Shown piece by piece: positions 18,430-35,750 of a DNA stretch of 64,000 bases (position 1 is the first letter of the stretch; each line of letters opens with the position of its first letter). Made by a program: the position numbers and the translations under genes. Source of the stretch: the human T2T-CHM13v2.0 reference genome, Homo sapiens; the NCBI RefSeq assembly GCF_009914755.1, contig NC_060931.1; one strand, written 5' to 3'. The notes under the pieces are model-generated. The model did not search any database and was not told the DNA's origin. It worked only from the letters and a program-made list of their open reading frames with translations.

Positions 18430-18509
18430 CCCAAATAAATGTATCACTCTTGGACAAACAGCAGGGTAAAGAGATGTACTCTTTTCTTCAAGTCAGCTCC
18501 AGAAAAGAC
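18430..18509 (-). other. BRAF: Candidate 80-nt alternative (poison) exon in BRAF intron 4
   Basis: Acceptor TTTTCTGCTGTTGTAG|G, donor GGG|GTAAAC; in frame with exon 4 it reads G-S-F-L-E-L-T-stop; I recall (unverified) an annotated NMD BRAF transcript with an exon here. Confidence 0.6.
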
Positions 18510-19065
18510 CTACAACAGCAGAAAATGGATTGTTCCTGGGGTCCAAAAAAAAAAAAAAAAAAAAAAAAAATCACAGGTACGGACTTATCTATCCATTCAA
18601 GGAAAAAGAGTACTCAAGGGACAGGGACAACATGCCCCCAAAATAATTTTTTTTTTTTTAAAGAGGATTCAAAATGTGAGGGTCTTGGAACAATGTTAGA
18701 CACTTTCTGAAAGAAAAGTAGGTCAATATAAAATGTTAATTTTGATATACCTTTTGTGAAACTATGAGTTTGTATTAAAAATGGGAGGGGGGTAAGAGTC
18801 TATTATCCAAATAAATCACACTCTGAATGGTTCAAAAATTGTAAGAATCTCAAATTCCAAATAAAATCATTTGATCAAAGTAACAAACCCTACAGTCATA
18901 TACAATTATTTAACTCCTCATATGGCCTACAGTATTTCTTCAGGCTAACTTAGTATTATTTTAATACTTTTTCCTAAAGTACACTTTCAATTCCCTAGGT
19001 TTTGGTAAAGATCCTAAGAAAACTTCAAAGTTTAATGTGTGATTTTCTTTTTAAACAAAATTTCA

Positions 19066-19188
<123 letters not shown>

Positions 19189-19689
19189 CTATGGTATCAT
19201 AAATATATTGATAAGAGGTAAAGGGAGCAAATTACATTTTTTCATATCATTAAAAAAATTTAGTAATTCATCTTTAAAAAGTCAAATGGGTTACTAGGTC
19301 AGATACAACACCATTTCTACAGCTAACTTAATACTAAAGGGAAATTATAACCCAAATATTTGTTATTATTCACCAACTTAAATCAAAGCAAAGTTAATTT
19401 TCTATTTTATTAAAATTATGAAATACTTTAAACATATAAAAAGAAGAAGTAACAGTATCTGCTACAATATACCCACCAACGCAGTATATCCATCACTGAG
19501 CAATAATAGATGTCAATATTAAAAGCAAAATCAATTTTGATCCAATACTGTTCAAAGCTGAAAACTGTATAACCCTTCAATCACACTGACTGTCCTTAAG
19601 AGACCTCTTACTGGCCCTAAACATAGCGGGAAGAAAAAAACCTGTCTTAACATGTATACTTGATATTTGTTGTTTGGTGCCCCTGTTTC

Positions 19690-20170
19690 CTCTGGGAATA
19701 TTCCCTTCTCTAGAAATCCACATGGTACTAGAAAAGCTATCAAGGGTCACTACTTTTATGTCACTACAGATGACAGAAGCTGGCTAATCAGTTTCCCATA
19801 CCCCCGGCAAGAGCAACTGGTCCAGGGCTATATATATGACCCAAACAGTACCTGAGTTCTTCCCTAAATTGACACATGGACACTGACAGAGAAAAGTCCT
19901 TGTTTCTACTGTAGTTCTGTAGATTTGCAGAAGATACAAATCTGGAGCCCTCAATGGCCATATTCTCCACCACACTGAGAAAATCTGTTATAGAATGAAG
20001 CTAACATACGAAGCAGCAAAGATGACATGGGAAGAGAGAGACAGAGAAGGAGGGAAAGGGAAAGGGAAAAAAAAAGTAATCTCTCTGTATATTTAAAGTT
20101 ATCTATCTTTAGCCTTTTCCTTGCCTCATCCCCCACAGGCAAATCTGAGTTACTTGGAACTGAAGGTGTA
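19690..20170. mobile_element. Probable old MaLR (MLT1-type) LTR
   Basis: Weak resemblance to MLT1 motifs (gccatattctccacc...gaatgaagctaaca...gttacttggaactgaa). Confidence 0.4.
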
Positions 20171-20475
20171 GACTACAGTGAGGCAGTGTGAATACAGAGG
20201 ACACAGTTTTTATTGGGAGGTGTAAGAAGAAGGGGAAATGTTAGTTTGTAACAATAAGTTCCATTCATTTAAATTGAGGTGCTTAGCAAACCAAAAGTTT
20301 CCAAAGAAATTGGGAATATTTATGCTAGAGGGGAAAAAAAGGGGGTAAAGGTAAATATAAGACAGCTGAATTCAAATAATATATTGAAGGGGGAAAGAGT
20401 CCAGAAAGCCTAATTAGGATCTATGACCAGAAATAACAGGACGCAGAGGGTAGTGCAATATAACCATTAAAACTA

Positions 20476-20779
<304 letters not shown>

Positions 20780-20865
20780 CCCTGAACTTTTACCTACCCA
20801 GCAAGGTAAAAGTTTGTCATGAGAGACTGGGCTCATCACTGGAAGTATTAAAGAGACTGGATGGT

Positions 20866-22097
20866 ACAGTTGATCCTCATTACTTGTGGAGTCCATACTT
20901 GAAATCTCTCTACTTGCTAAAATTTATTTGTAACTCTAAAGTCAATACTCTTAGTGCTTTCATAGACATGCGCAGAGCAATGAGATATTTGAGTCGCCTA
21001 ATGCATGCACCTCTCCAACTGAGGTTGAACAGTGAAGCTTTCTCTTGCCTTCTTGTTTCAATTTTCATACTATAAACAAGTATCCTGGGCAGAGCCTATT
21101 TGGTGCCACTTTTTTCTCACTTTTGTGCTTCTTGTTGATGATTCTTCTGTTTAAAATAATCCCTAAGCATAGTGCTCACGTGCTGTTTAGGGCTGGTAAG
21201 CATAAGAAGGCTATAATGTCCCTGGCAGAGTAAGTACATGTGTTAGGCCAGCTTCCTTCAGGCATGAGTTATAGTAATGTCAGCCGTGAGTTCAATGTTA
21301 ATGAATCAACAATATGTCTTTAAACAGAAACACACACAAAACAAGGTTACGTATCGACTGACTGATGAAAATGTGACTAGAGGCTGGTAGGAACCTAACT
21401 GTATTTTAAATGTGAAGGATCTGGGGTCTGATCAAGGAAAAAGATATGACCACGAGGTGGCAGTAGCATGCATAGCTTTATTGGGTGACATTGACAGATC
21501 TGCAGGCAGAGGATGTCCTTAAAGCATACTGTCCAGAGGCTAAGGCAGAGTGGCCACTACCCAAACAGGACTGGCCAGAAGCTGAGGTGGAGTGGCTATC
21601 ACCCAGAAGAGGAGGGCTAGGGGACTCTCAGGGGAGAGGGGAGTAGGAGAGGGAGCTTATATGTCTAGCTGACAATGTTAGACAACCCAGCAGGGAGTCT
21701 ATGTATCAAAGAGCTCCAAAGGGCAACAGCAGCTTGGAATCTTTATAGCCTTGGGATTTGATCTTATTTATACCTAATAGATGTTGAGTACAAAGCAGTT
21801 TTGTGGGGACTGCAAAGTAGGCAGGCTCTCAGTGGCTAAAAATCTGCTTATCAGGATTATATTTAAAACAATTAGATGTACAAAAAATTTAGTTTGGTGC
21901 AAGCACACTTTTAAGCCAATAGGTCTCAACCTGTTGTAATGGAAGAAACAACCTAGAGGCCAATATACAGAGGGGTTTTTTGGCTCATTTAAATAATAAT
22001 AATCCTTGTACTTCCCCTAGGAGCAAGGTTCAGTGTTCACTAATTGTTTGTAGTGAATTTATAGACCATAACTACTACGAACAATGAGAACTGGTTG
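20866..22097 (+). mobile_element. MER82-like TcMar-Tigger element, interrupted by a solo LTR
   Basis: Starts ta-cagttgatcctcatt; after the insert resumes cccctaggagcaagg...gaacaatgagaactggttg-ta. Confidence 0.7.
21411..21987 (-). mobile_element. Solo LTR, 577 bp (family uncertain, possibly ERVL MER54/MER74/LTR53 group)
   Basis: TG...CA ends, tttaaa on both flanks, minus-strand TATAAA (21747-21742) upstream of AATAAA (21482-21477). Confidence 0.75.
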
Positions 22098-22349
22098 TAA
22101 CCTTTCAGAAATAATAAACTTAAGTGAAAGCTCACTTTTCCCTGTGCCATTCGTCTTCCGCCTATACTAATGCCAAAATTTCCTGACTGGTGACCGATCT
22201 TTAGTTTTAAACCACATCCAATGTATCCTATCCTATGTTACCATAGAAATCTTTCTAAAGAAGGCATTCTTTTTTTCTTTTTTATCTTTGTTTTTAATTT
22301 TTTACTTTTAAGAAGGTATTCTTAACTTTTGGGCATGCATGTGCATGCA

Positions 22350-22353
<4 letters not shown>

Positions 22354-22387
<34 letters not shown>
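22354..22387. repeat. (TG)17 microsatellite
   Basis: Read directly. Confidence 0.97.
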
Positions 22388-22390
<3 letters not shown>

Positions 22391-22869
22391 GTGGGAGGGG
22401 GAGAGAGAGAAAGACTTCTGAGAATCTAATGAAAGCCTCAAATGTGCTCTCTGAAACAAAATTTCATAGGGTTTGTGGAATCTGAAGCCCACGCTGAGTT
22501 CACTGAACTCAGCATTTAACCCATTCTAATATATAATCTTAAATTTCACTAGTTTGCTTAAAATTTTCCCATTATTTGTAAGATAAAATTCCAATTCCAT
22601 AATGTGTCATAAAAGGCCACCAATGACTTGGAGCTATCTATCCTTCAGCCTCTTTGGTAATTTCCCTTAGGCACTCCAGTAATGCACTTCAAATATGGCT
22701 ATGCTCCCTCATGCTTCTCTACATATGCTGATCCTAAGTTGCATATATATTTCATCAACAGGCAAAAATTTGGTTTTCTGCTCTATTACCAAGGCAAGCC
22801 ATCTATCAGTCCTTCTTAATTCCACTTTTGTAGGCTGAATTTTTATACTATTTGTTCTTTCATGATAGT

Positions 22870-23900
22870 ACCTGTACAACAGATGAAGAAATCAATGGAA
22901 CAAAACAGAAAGACCAAAATAGACCCTAACACATAAAGAAAGTGCGAATAAGATAAAGGCAACATCTGAAATGGGGTAAAGATGAACTTTTAAATAACTG
23001 ATGCTGGGACAACTGGAACTAATCTAGAAAAAAAGGTTCATCCATACTTCATATTGTATACCAGAATAAACTACAAATGGATCAAATATTTAAATGCTGG
23101 AAGGAAGAAAGGGAAGGAGAGTGAAACAAACCATAAAAGAACTAGAAGAAAGCATGGCACCTTCAAATCTTCAAATGAAAAAGGCTTTTATAACTCTGAT
23201 GCAAAATCTACAAGTCATAAAGGAAAAAAATATTATATTCACCTACATAAAGCTAAAAAAAAACTTTTGGATGGCAAAACAAACACATTAAAAGTGAAGT
23301 AAAAAGACAGTACAAATGGTGAAAAATATATTTGCAACTCATTTAGCAGATGTGTTAGCTTCCTGATACACAAAGAGCTCCTGAAAAATTGAGATGAAGA
23401 CCAATAACCCAAGAGAAAAAGGGAAAAATATATGAGAGACAGGTCCCAGAAACAGAAGTAGAAATGGCCTTCACACATATGAAAACATGTTCAGTCTCAC
23501 TCAGAGGAAAGCAAACCCAAACTAGTGAAGTTATTTTTCATTTATCAGATTGGCAAAAATCCAAAAAAAAATTGATAACATATTCTACTGGTATGAAGCT
23601 ATAAACAGACATCTCATAATTAAGCAAGATCCATGAAGCGAAATTTGTATCTATCAAAGTCACAAATGCAAATTTCTCTTTGACCTAGTCAAGCATACTT
23701 CTGGGAATCTATCTCACAGATATGCCTGCAATACATAAGAATAATGTATGTGCAACATTATTCACTACAGTACTGACTGTATATCAAAAGTCTAGAAAGA
23801 ACCTGAATGACCATACACACATCACTGGTTAAATACACTATAGTACATCTATACAATGGAACTGTAGTTGTATATATATAAAAAATTATGTATGAAACAA
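22870..23900 (+). mobile_element. Old L1M ORF2 3'/3'UTR fragment
   Basis: Degenerate L1 motifs (tcaatggaaca, tgctgggacaactgg, atggatcaaatatttaaat). Confidence 0.7.
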
Positions 23901-24081
23901 AATTTCCAGAATGGCCTACATAAACGTTAAAAACAAAATACAGAATGATATATACAGTATTATGTATCTTATGTATGAAGAGTGGGGAAATAAATGTATT
24001 TGTACTTATGTCTATATTTTAAAAACCATGAAAATCCATACATGCGTGTACACACATGCACATGCATGCGGACGCATACAT

Positions 24082-24107
24082 ACACACACACACACACACA
24101 CACACAC
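24082..24107. repeat. (AC)13 microsatellite
   Basis: Read directly. Confidence 0.95.
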
Positions 24108-24550
24108 CCTCCTTAAAAAAGAGTTACCTAAAAGGTGCAGAGAAAATTGGATGTATATTTAGGCCAGGGTGAAAACAAGATTTCTTTATGCAAATACCAT
24201 ATGAAAGTATAACCTGTGTAAAGGGAGGGAGGTTGTCTCCTACTTTAAGGCTAGGAAAACTAAAAAGAGGTATTTTTGTAATAAACTAGGTTTATGCCTT
24301 TCCTCCAAATTCCAAAATTAAATATCTTTGATTAGCTTGTCAGAGCAATAATTTTTCTCTTAAAAAAATAAAAAAGCATCCTATCTTAAAAAGGAGCCAG
24401 AGTCAATGGAACCATGTGAATATTTGCCAAGGAAACTTTAGACCAAAACAAAATGTATGAGTCCAAACTTTCACACGTCAATTTTTAAAGTGAACTGAAA
24501 TTATCTTTTGTTAATGAGCTCACAATGATTCATATACTACTCTACTTTTA

Positions 24551-25034
<484 letters not shown>

Positions 25035-25285
25035 AAAGTTTCCATAGTAAAAAGTTTTTTAAAAAAACAGTTGTTCTAAAATTTAGGTGGTCATCAAAAT
25101 TGTTATATGTTTAATTCTTTGAGATAGTACATTAATTTGGTAGTTTGTTTTACAGTGCAGACGATTATATGCCTTAAGTAAGCTTCATGATACAGTAACA
25201 TCTTAAATAAACTGGCACAGAATATACATGCCAATATACAGATTTTGAATACAAATTTAAATTACATAGCTTTCTGATTTTATAA

Positions 25286-25965
<680 letters not shown>

Positions 25966-27029
25966 TGATCTGCTTATAACATGCTTTCATTAAAGTAGAA
26001 AAAGGAGGATGTCTATACCACAAAAACTTCAGAAGGTAAAAGCAATTTTAGAATTAAGCGTGCCTCCTGGTCAGGTTGAATTTAACTGGCCAAGAACCAG
26101 AAACCACAGGATTTATAAAGGTGACATTTTTTACTGCTAAATTGCTGTCCCAATCAAATCAAAATAAAAATGAAAGTTAATCAATTACTTTATTAGTATT
26201 CTAAGGGGAAAAAACTTACCAAGCAACAGAGAAGCACTTTCACTGTTGGCAAAGAATACAGTTTATTAGGCGCCAAGAATGTCTTGGATTCCATAGCTGT
26301 TTTATTGAAATTTAAACACAGTAATTTACGTACCAACCTGAGCTAATACTGCTTCCTATAGTATTCTACCTCATCAAGTTGCTATGAAGATTAAATGAGT
26401 AAGTGAAAGTGTTTTTACAAACTGTACCAATATGTAAAAGGTATTATTATTATTCCTGTCTACACAGAAACTGAATGGATCACCCTCTTTGATCACTTGT
26501 AGATCTTAGTTTCTGCTTTGCTGTTGCTAAAAATAAAAGGAGAGGGAAGGTCTAGCATTTACTCTAGTGATGTCCCTTTACTTTCGACCTATTCCATTGA
26601 AACTATTTATTTGTACTGGTGAATGTTAAAGCTTCTGGTATTCGTTTTATTGCTAAAATAAGAACATACCTTTTCCTTAATCTTTCCATTCCATAAACAT
26701 TTCCTGCTTGATTATAGCATAACTAGGGCATGATTTTGAAGCATCAGTCAGTATTGCCCTATCTTTTCCCTTTGCCATTCCTGTACCTTGGATACCATCA
26801 GGATTAATGCCAATCAACAGATATTTGTTTACAAACCCCAGGGTATGTAAACCCAAAGACTCATTCTTTCAAAAATACTTACAGTACATTTACTCAGTAT
26901 TAGACACTACTCTACTCACTGAGTAAACCAAAATAGATATGCTCTTCTCACAGAACTAAAAACAACTCAAAGATGTTAAAATTAATTTAGTAGTTTTAGG
27001 TACCGTTTCAGACTTTTCATCAGACAACA

Positions 27030-27903
27030 GACCCACAGCTAGAATCATAATTAATGAAAAAAACCTGAAAGTATTCTTCTAAGACCTGGAACAAGACAAG
27101 GATGCCCACTTTCACCACTGTTATTCGACACACTATTGGAAGTCCTAGCTAGAGCAATTGGATAAGAGAAAAAAAAAAGGGTATCCAAATTGGAAAGAAT
27201 AAGTCAAATTATCCTTGTTTGTGGATAATATGATCTTATATTTGGAAAAACCTAAAGACTCCACCAAAAAAACAATTATAACTGACAAATTCAGTAAAGT
27301 TGCAGGATACAAAATTAACATACAAAAGTCAGCAGCATTTCTACATGCCAACAGCAAACAATCCGAAACAAAAATCAAGAAAGTAACTCCATTTACAATA
27401 GCTACAAATAAAATACCTAGGAATAAACTTAAAAACAAAGAAGTGAAAGATTTCTACAATGAAAACTATAAAACACTGATGCAAGAAACTGGAGAGAACA
27501 CATGAAAAAATGGAAAGACCGGCCATGTTCATGGACTGGAAGAATCAATATTGCTAAAGTGTCCATACTACCCAAAGTAATCTACAGATTCAATGTAATC
27601 CCTATGAAAACACCAAAGACATTCTTCACAGAAATAGAAAAATAATCCTAAAATTTATATGGAACTACCAAAGGCCCAGAATAGCCAAAGCAAAAAGAAC
27701 AAAACTGGAAGAATCACATTACCTCACTTCAAATTATACTACAAAGCTATAGTAACCAAAACAGCATGGTACTGGCATAAAAACAGACATATAGACCAAT
27801 GGAACAGAATAGAGAACAATGAAATAATTCCATACATCTACAGTGAACTCATTTTTGACAAAGGTGCCAAGAACATACACTGGGGAAAGGACAGTCTCTT
27901 CAA
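27030..27903 (+). mobile_element. L1 ORF2 (RT) fragment, decayed
   Basis: ORFs 27215..27505 (FVDNMILYLEKPKDS) and 27659..27907 ([27 protein letters not shown]) are L1 ORF2p-like; frameshifted. Confidence 0.93.
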
Positions 27904-28449
27904 ATGATACTCCCTGTCCCAGGAATTCCACTTTCAGGTTTGTGACACCTTGTTATATGTGTACAAGGAGACAAGCACAAGAATGTTCTTATTACAGCAC
28001 TGTTTGTCATAACAAAAAAATCCAAATATAACCTAAATGCTCATCAATGGAGAAAAAGATAAACTGTGGTATATTAAGAAGCTAGAATACTTGATAATAG
28101 CATTGAATGAAATAGATCTGTATGTGTTAACATATAAATACATACACCTTGAAATCATAATTTTGAATAAAAAGGACAAGATGCTGACCATTACATACAT
28201 ATAGTATCGTATCACCTTACAAATTAAAAAAAAAACAAAAACATTGGCTTATGGCTACACATATATATAATAAAATACAAAAATATGATTGAAGGTACCT
28301 CACATTTATCATAGTGACTGTCTTTTTGGGGACAAGATGGGACGATGGGTGTCCAGCAGAGGAATGGGACTGGTAGTGGAACCTAAATTTGTACTTCTAT
28401 GTATAATATGAAGCAAATATAACAAAAAATTAGTATTTGTTCATTGTAG

Positions 28450-28818
<369 letters not shown>

Positions 28819-29021
28819 TAAATTTTCTAAATAAAAAGTTAAAAAACCTTATGAACAATATTTTCTAAATGCTAAACCAAAGTCACCAATTTTGAAATAC
28901 CTAAAACAGGCAATTATCTTTACAATACTATATACAACTTATTAAGTATGGTTTTCATTTAGTGATGTAAAAGACCACATCCAGGGTCTATCACATTTCT
29001 TGATATTACAATCCTTTGACT

Positions 29022-29177
29022 TAGTCTACCTTATTTTGAAGATAGCTTATCTAGTCTACCTTATACTGAAGACAGCTTACCTATCTTACGTAGTCTACCT
29101 TACACTGAAGATAGCTTACCTAGGAATAAACTTAAAAACAAAGAAGATACTGAAGAGAGCTTACCTATCTTCAGTAT
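29022..29177. repeat. Complex 30-bp tandem array with an embedded L1-derived 30-mer and terminal hairpin
   Basis: tagtctacctta..tgaaga.agctta units at 29022, 29052, 29091 plus a partial unit at 29147. Confidence 0.9.
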
Positions 29178-29429
29178 TTCCCTTTTGTGTCTCTAGAGCA
29201 TTCAGTTTTATTCTTGTTATCTCCACTTCTTTCTCTTGTTGTGTCATAGATCCTTGGAGAACTTGTACATTTTCCCATCTCTAGAGGAAATAATCTTGGC
29301 TACTTTCTCTTTTCTGTCCGATTTCTATTATTAGAGCATTGTTCAAAAACCTTTGTAATTCTTCTCGTCTCAGGTCATTGGTATTTATCTATGAATTGCA
29401 TGTAAAACTATCTATATAAAAGCAAATCC

Positions 29430-30185
29430 TTTCTCCACAAAGATATATAAAAGCCAACAATCACACAAAAAGATGCTTCACATTACTAGTCATAAGGGAA
29501 ATGCAAATAAAACCCAAAATGAGATACCATTTCATACCCATTAGGATGGCTATAATAAAAAAGACAAATAATAAACAAGTTTGGCAGTGATGTGAAAAAA
29601 ACAGAACCCTCATGCTCAAGGGAAAGTAAAATGGTGTAGCCATTTTGAAAAACATTCTGCCAGTCTCTTAAAAGGTTACTAGAGGCACAAATGAAATCAT
29701 ATGTCCACACAAAACCTTGAATACGAATGTTCACAGCAGCATTGCTCATAACAGCTAAAAAGTAGAAACGACACAGATGTCCATCAGCTGATAAATGTGT
29801 AAACAAAATGTGGTATATACAGCCAATGGAATATTACTGAGCCATAAGAAGGCATGAAGGACTGACACAGGGTACAATGTGGATGGACTTTGAAAACATT
29901 ATGCTAAGTAAAAGAAGTCAGTCACAAACACATATTGTATGATTTCATTTATATGAAATGCCAGAGAATAGGCAAATCTATAGAGATAGGGAGCAAATGG
30001 GTGGTTACATAGGGATGGGAGGAATGGGAAGTGACTGCTAACGGGTACAGTGTTTATTTTTGGGATGAAAAAATATTTTTAAATGAATTATCACGGCCAC
30101 AGAACTTTGTGAATATACAAAAATCATTTTATACTTTAAATGGGTAAATTGTATGGCTTTTGAATTATATCTCAATAAACCATCA
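29430..30185 (+). mobile_element. L1M (MB/MC-type) 3' end
   Basis: gaaatgcaaataaaa...gagatacca; ends tgaattatatctcaataaa. Confidence 0.85.
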
Positions 30186-30850
30186 AATAAAATTTTTTTA
30201 AAGAAATTTTCTTTTGACTTATAAGCCTAAACAGGCTTAGAACACAAGCCATCTTTTGGGGTAATCAGGTGAGTCTAATATTTTTTGGTTAATTTTTTGT
30301 CATATAATACAAACAACTGTCATACAGACAAACAATACACACAGGATTCAAGTCAAATATACTTTAAATTTTATTAGATTGGTAATACTTTTAAAAATCT
30401 GTTAACATTCCATGTTGGCCAGGATCTTGTGGGAAAAGGAAGTTTCATACACTTGTTGAGAATCAAAATCTTTTCTGATATTAAGTTATCGCAAAGTTTT
30501 CAGTGTGTATATTCTATGACCCAATAATTATTTCAAGGTATTTATCTTCCCCAATAAAAGTATTCCCACAGTGTTTCAGGATATATGTACTTAAATATAT
30601 ACTGCAACATTACCTAATTATCCATCAAGAAAGAAATAGCTAAATGAGATACAACTACTCTAAACAATACATGAATAAATATATAATCACCCTGAACAAT
30701 CATAAAAAACAGACACCTTGGCATTATGTGAAATAAGGGTATCAAGTATAAAAGTAAAAGGTCAGTCCCTTTTTCTTGTCCCAGGGAATATCCCCATCCC
30801 TCCAATAACCCCAATTAACAGATTTTTACAATTATTCAAATATATCTCAG

Positions 30851-31141
30851 GGCCAGGTGCAGTGGTTCATGCCTATAATCCCAGCACTATGGGAGGCCAC
30901 AGAGGGAGGATTGCTTGAGCCCAAGAGTTTGAGACCAGCCTGGGCAACATAGCAAGGCCCTACCTCTACAAAAAAATTTAAAAATTAGGCATGGCACACG
31001 CCTGTGGTCTCAGCTACTTGGAGGGTGAGATGGGAGGATCACCTGAGCCTGAGAAGTCAAGGCTGCAGTTAGCTGTGATTATACCACTGCACTCCATTCT
31101 GGGCAAGACTCACTCTCAAAAAATAAAATTAAAAATAAAAA
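30851..31141 (+). mobile_element. AluJ
   Basis: gaggattgcttgagccc diagnostic. Confidence 0.9.
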
Positions 31142-31204
31142 TCTCAAGGAACATATATGCTTATTCTTTTTAGTTATTGCACATACTCCAGGATCTAGAA
31201 AGTC

Positions 31205-31765
<561 letters not shown>

Positions 31766-32369
31766 CAAAAAACAACAGATGCTGGCAAAGCTGCAGAGAA
31801 AAGGGAAGGCTTGTACACTGTTGGTGGGAATGTAAATTGGTTAGGCACTGTGGAAAGCAGTTTGGAAATTTCTCAAAGAACTTAAAATAGAACTACCATT
31901 CGACCCAGCAGTCTCATTGCTCGGTATATATACATCCAAAAGAAAATGAATCATTCTACGAAAAAACCACATATTTAACACAGCACTATTCACAATAGCA
32001 AAGGCATATGCACCATGGAATACTATGCAGCCACAAAAATGAATGAAATCATGTCCTTTGCAGCAACCTGGATGCAGCTGGAAGCCATTATCCTAAGCAA
32101 ATTAACACAGGAAGAGAAAACCAAATATCAAATGTTCTCATTTCTAAGTAGGAGCTAAACTTTGGGTACTCATGGACATAAAGACAGCAATAACAGAAAC
32201 CGGAGGCTACTAGAGCGGGGAGGGCAAAGGTTGAAAAACTATTGGCTACTATGCTCAGTACTTGGATGATGGGATCATTTGTACATCAAACCTCAGCATC
32301 ATGCAATATACCCAGATAACAAAGCTGTGCATGTACCTCCTGAATCTAAAATAAAAGTTGAAAAAAAAA
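31766..32369 (+). mobile_element. L1 3' end (L1PB/L1MA-like) with internal deletion
   Basis: acactgttggtgggaatgtaaatt...gaatctaaaataaaagttgaaaaaaaa. Confidence 0.88.
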
Positions 32370-32459
32370 TTTTAATAATAATTCTTTCTCCCAAAGTCTA
32401 TTTCATATAATATTTCCACAGTACTATCAGCTTTCTTAAAGGCTATTAAAAAACAAACA

Positions 32460-35750
<3,291 letters not shown>

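Noticed and set aside
27215-27907. Reverse-transcriptase-like ORFs
   Set aside because: Frameshifted, truncated L1 ORF2 remnant
29022-29177. 30-bp repeats with a unique insert, superficially CRISPR-like
   Set aside because: Primate intron, abutting degenerate units, no regular spacers and no cas genes
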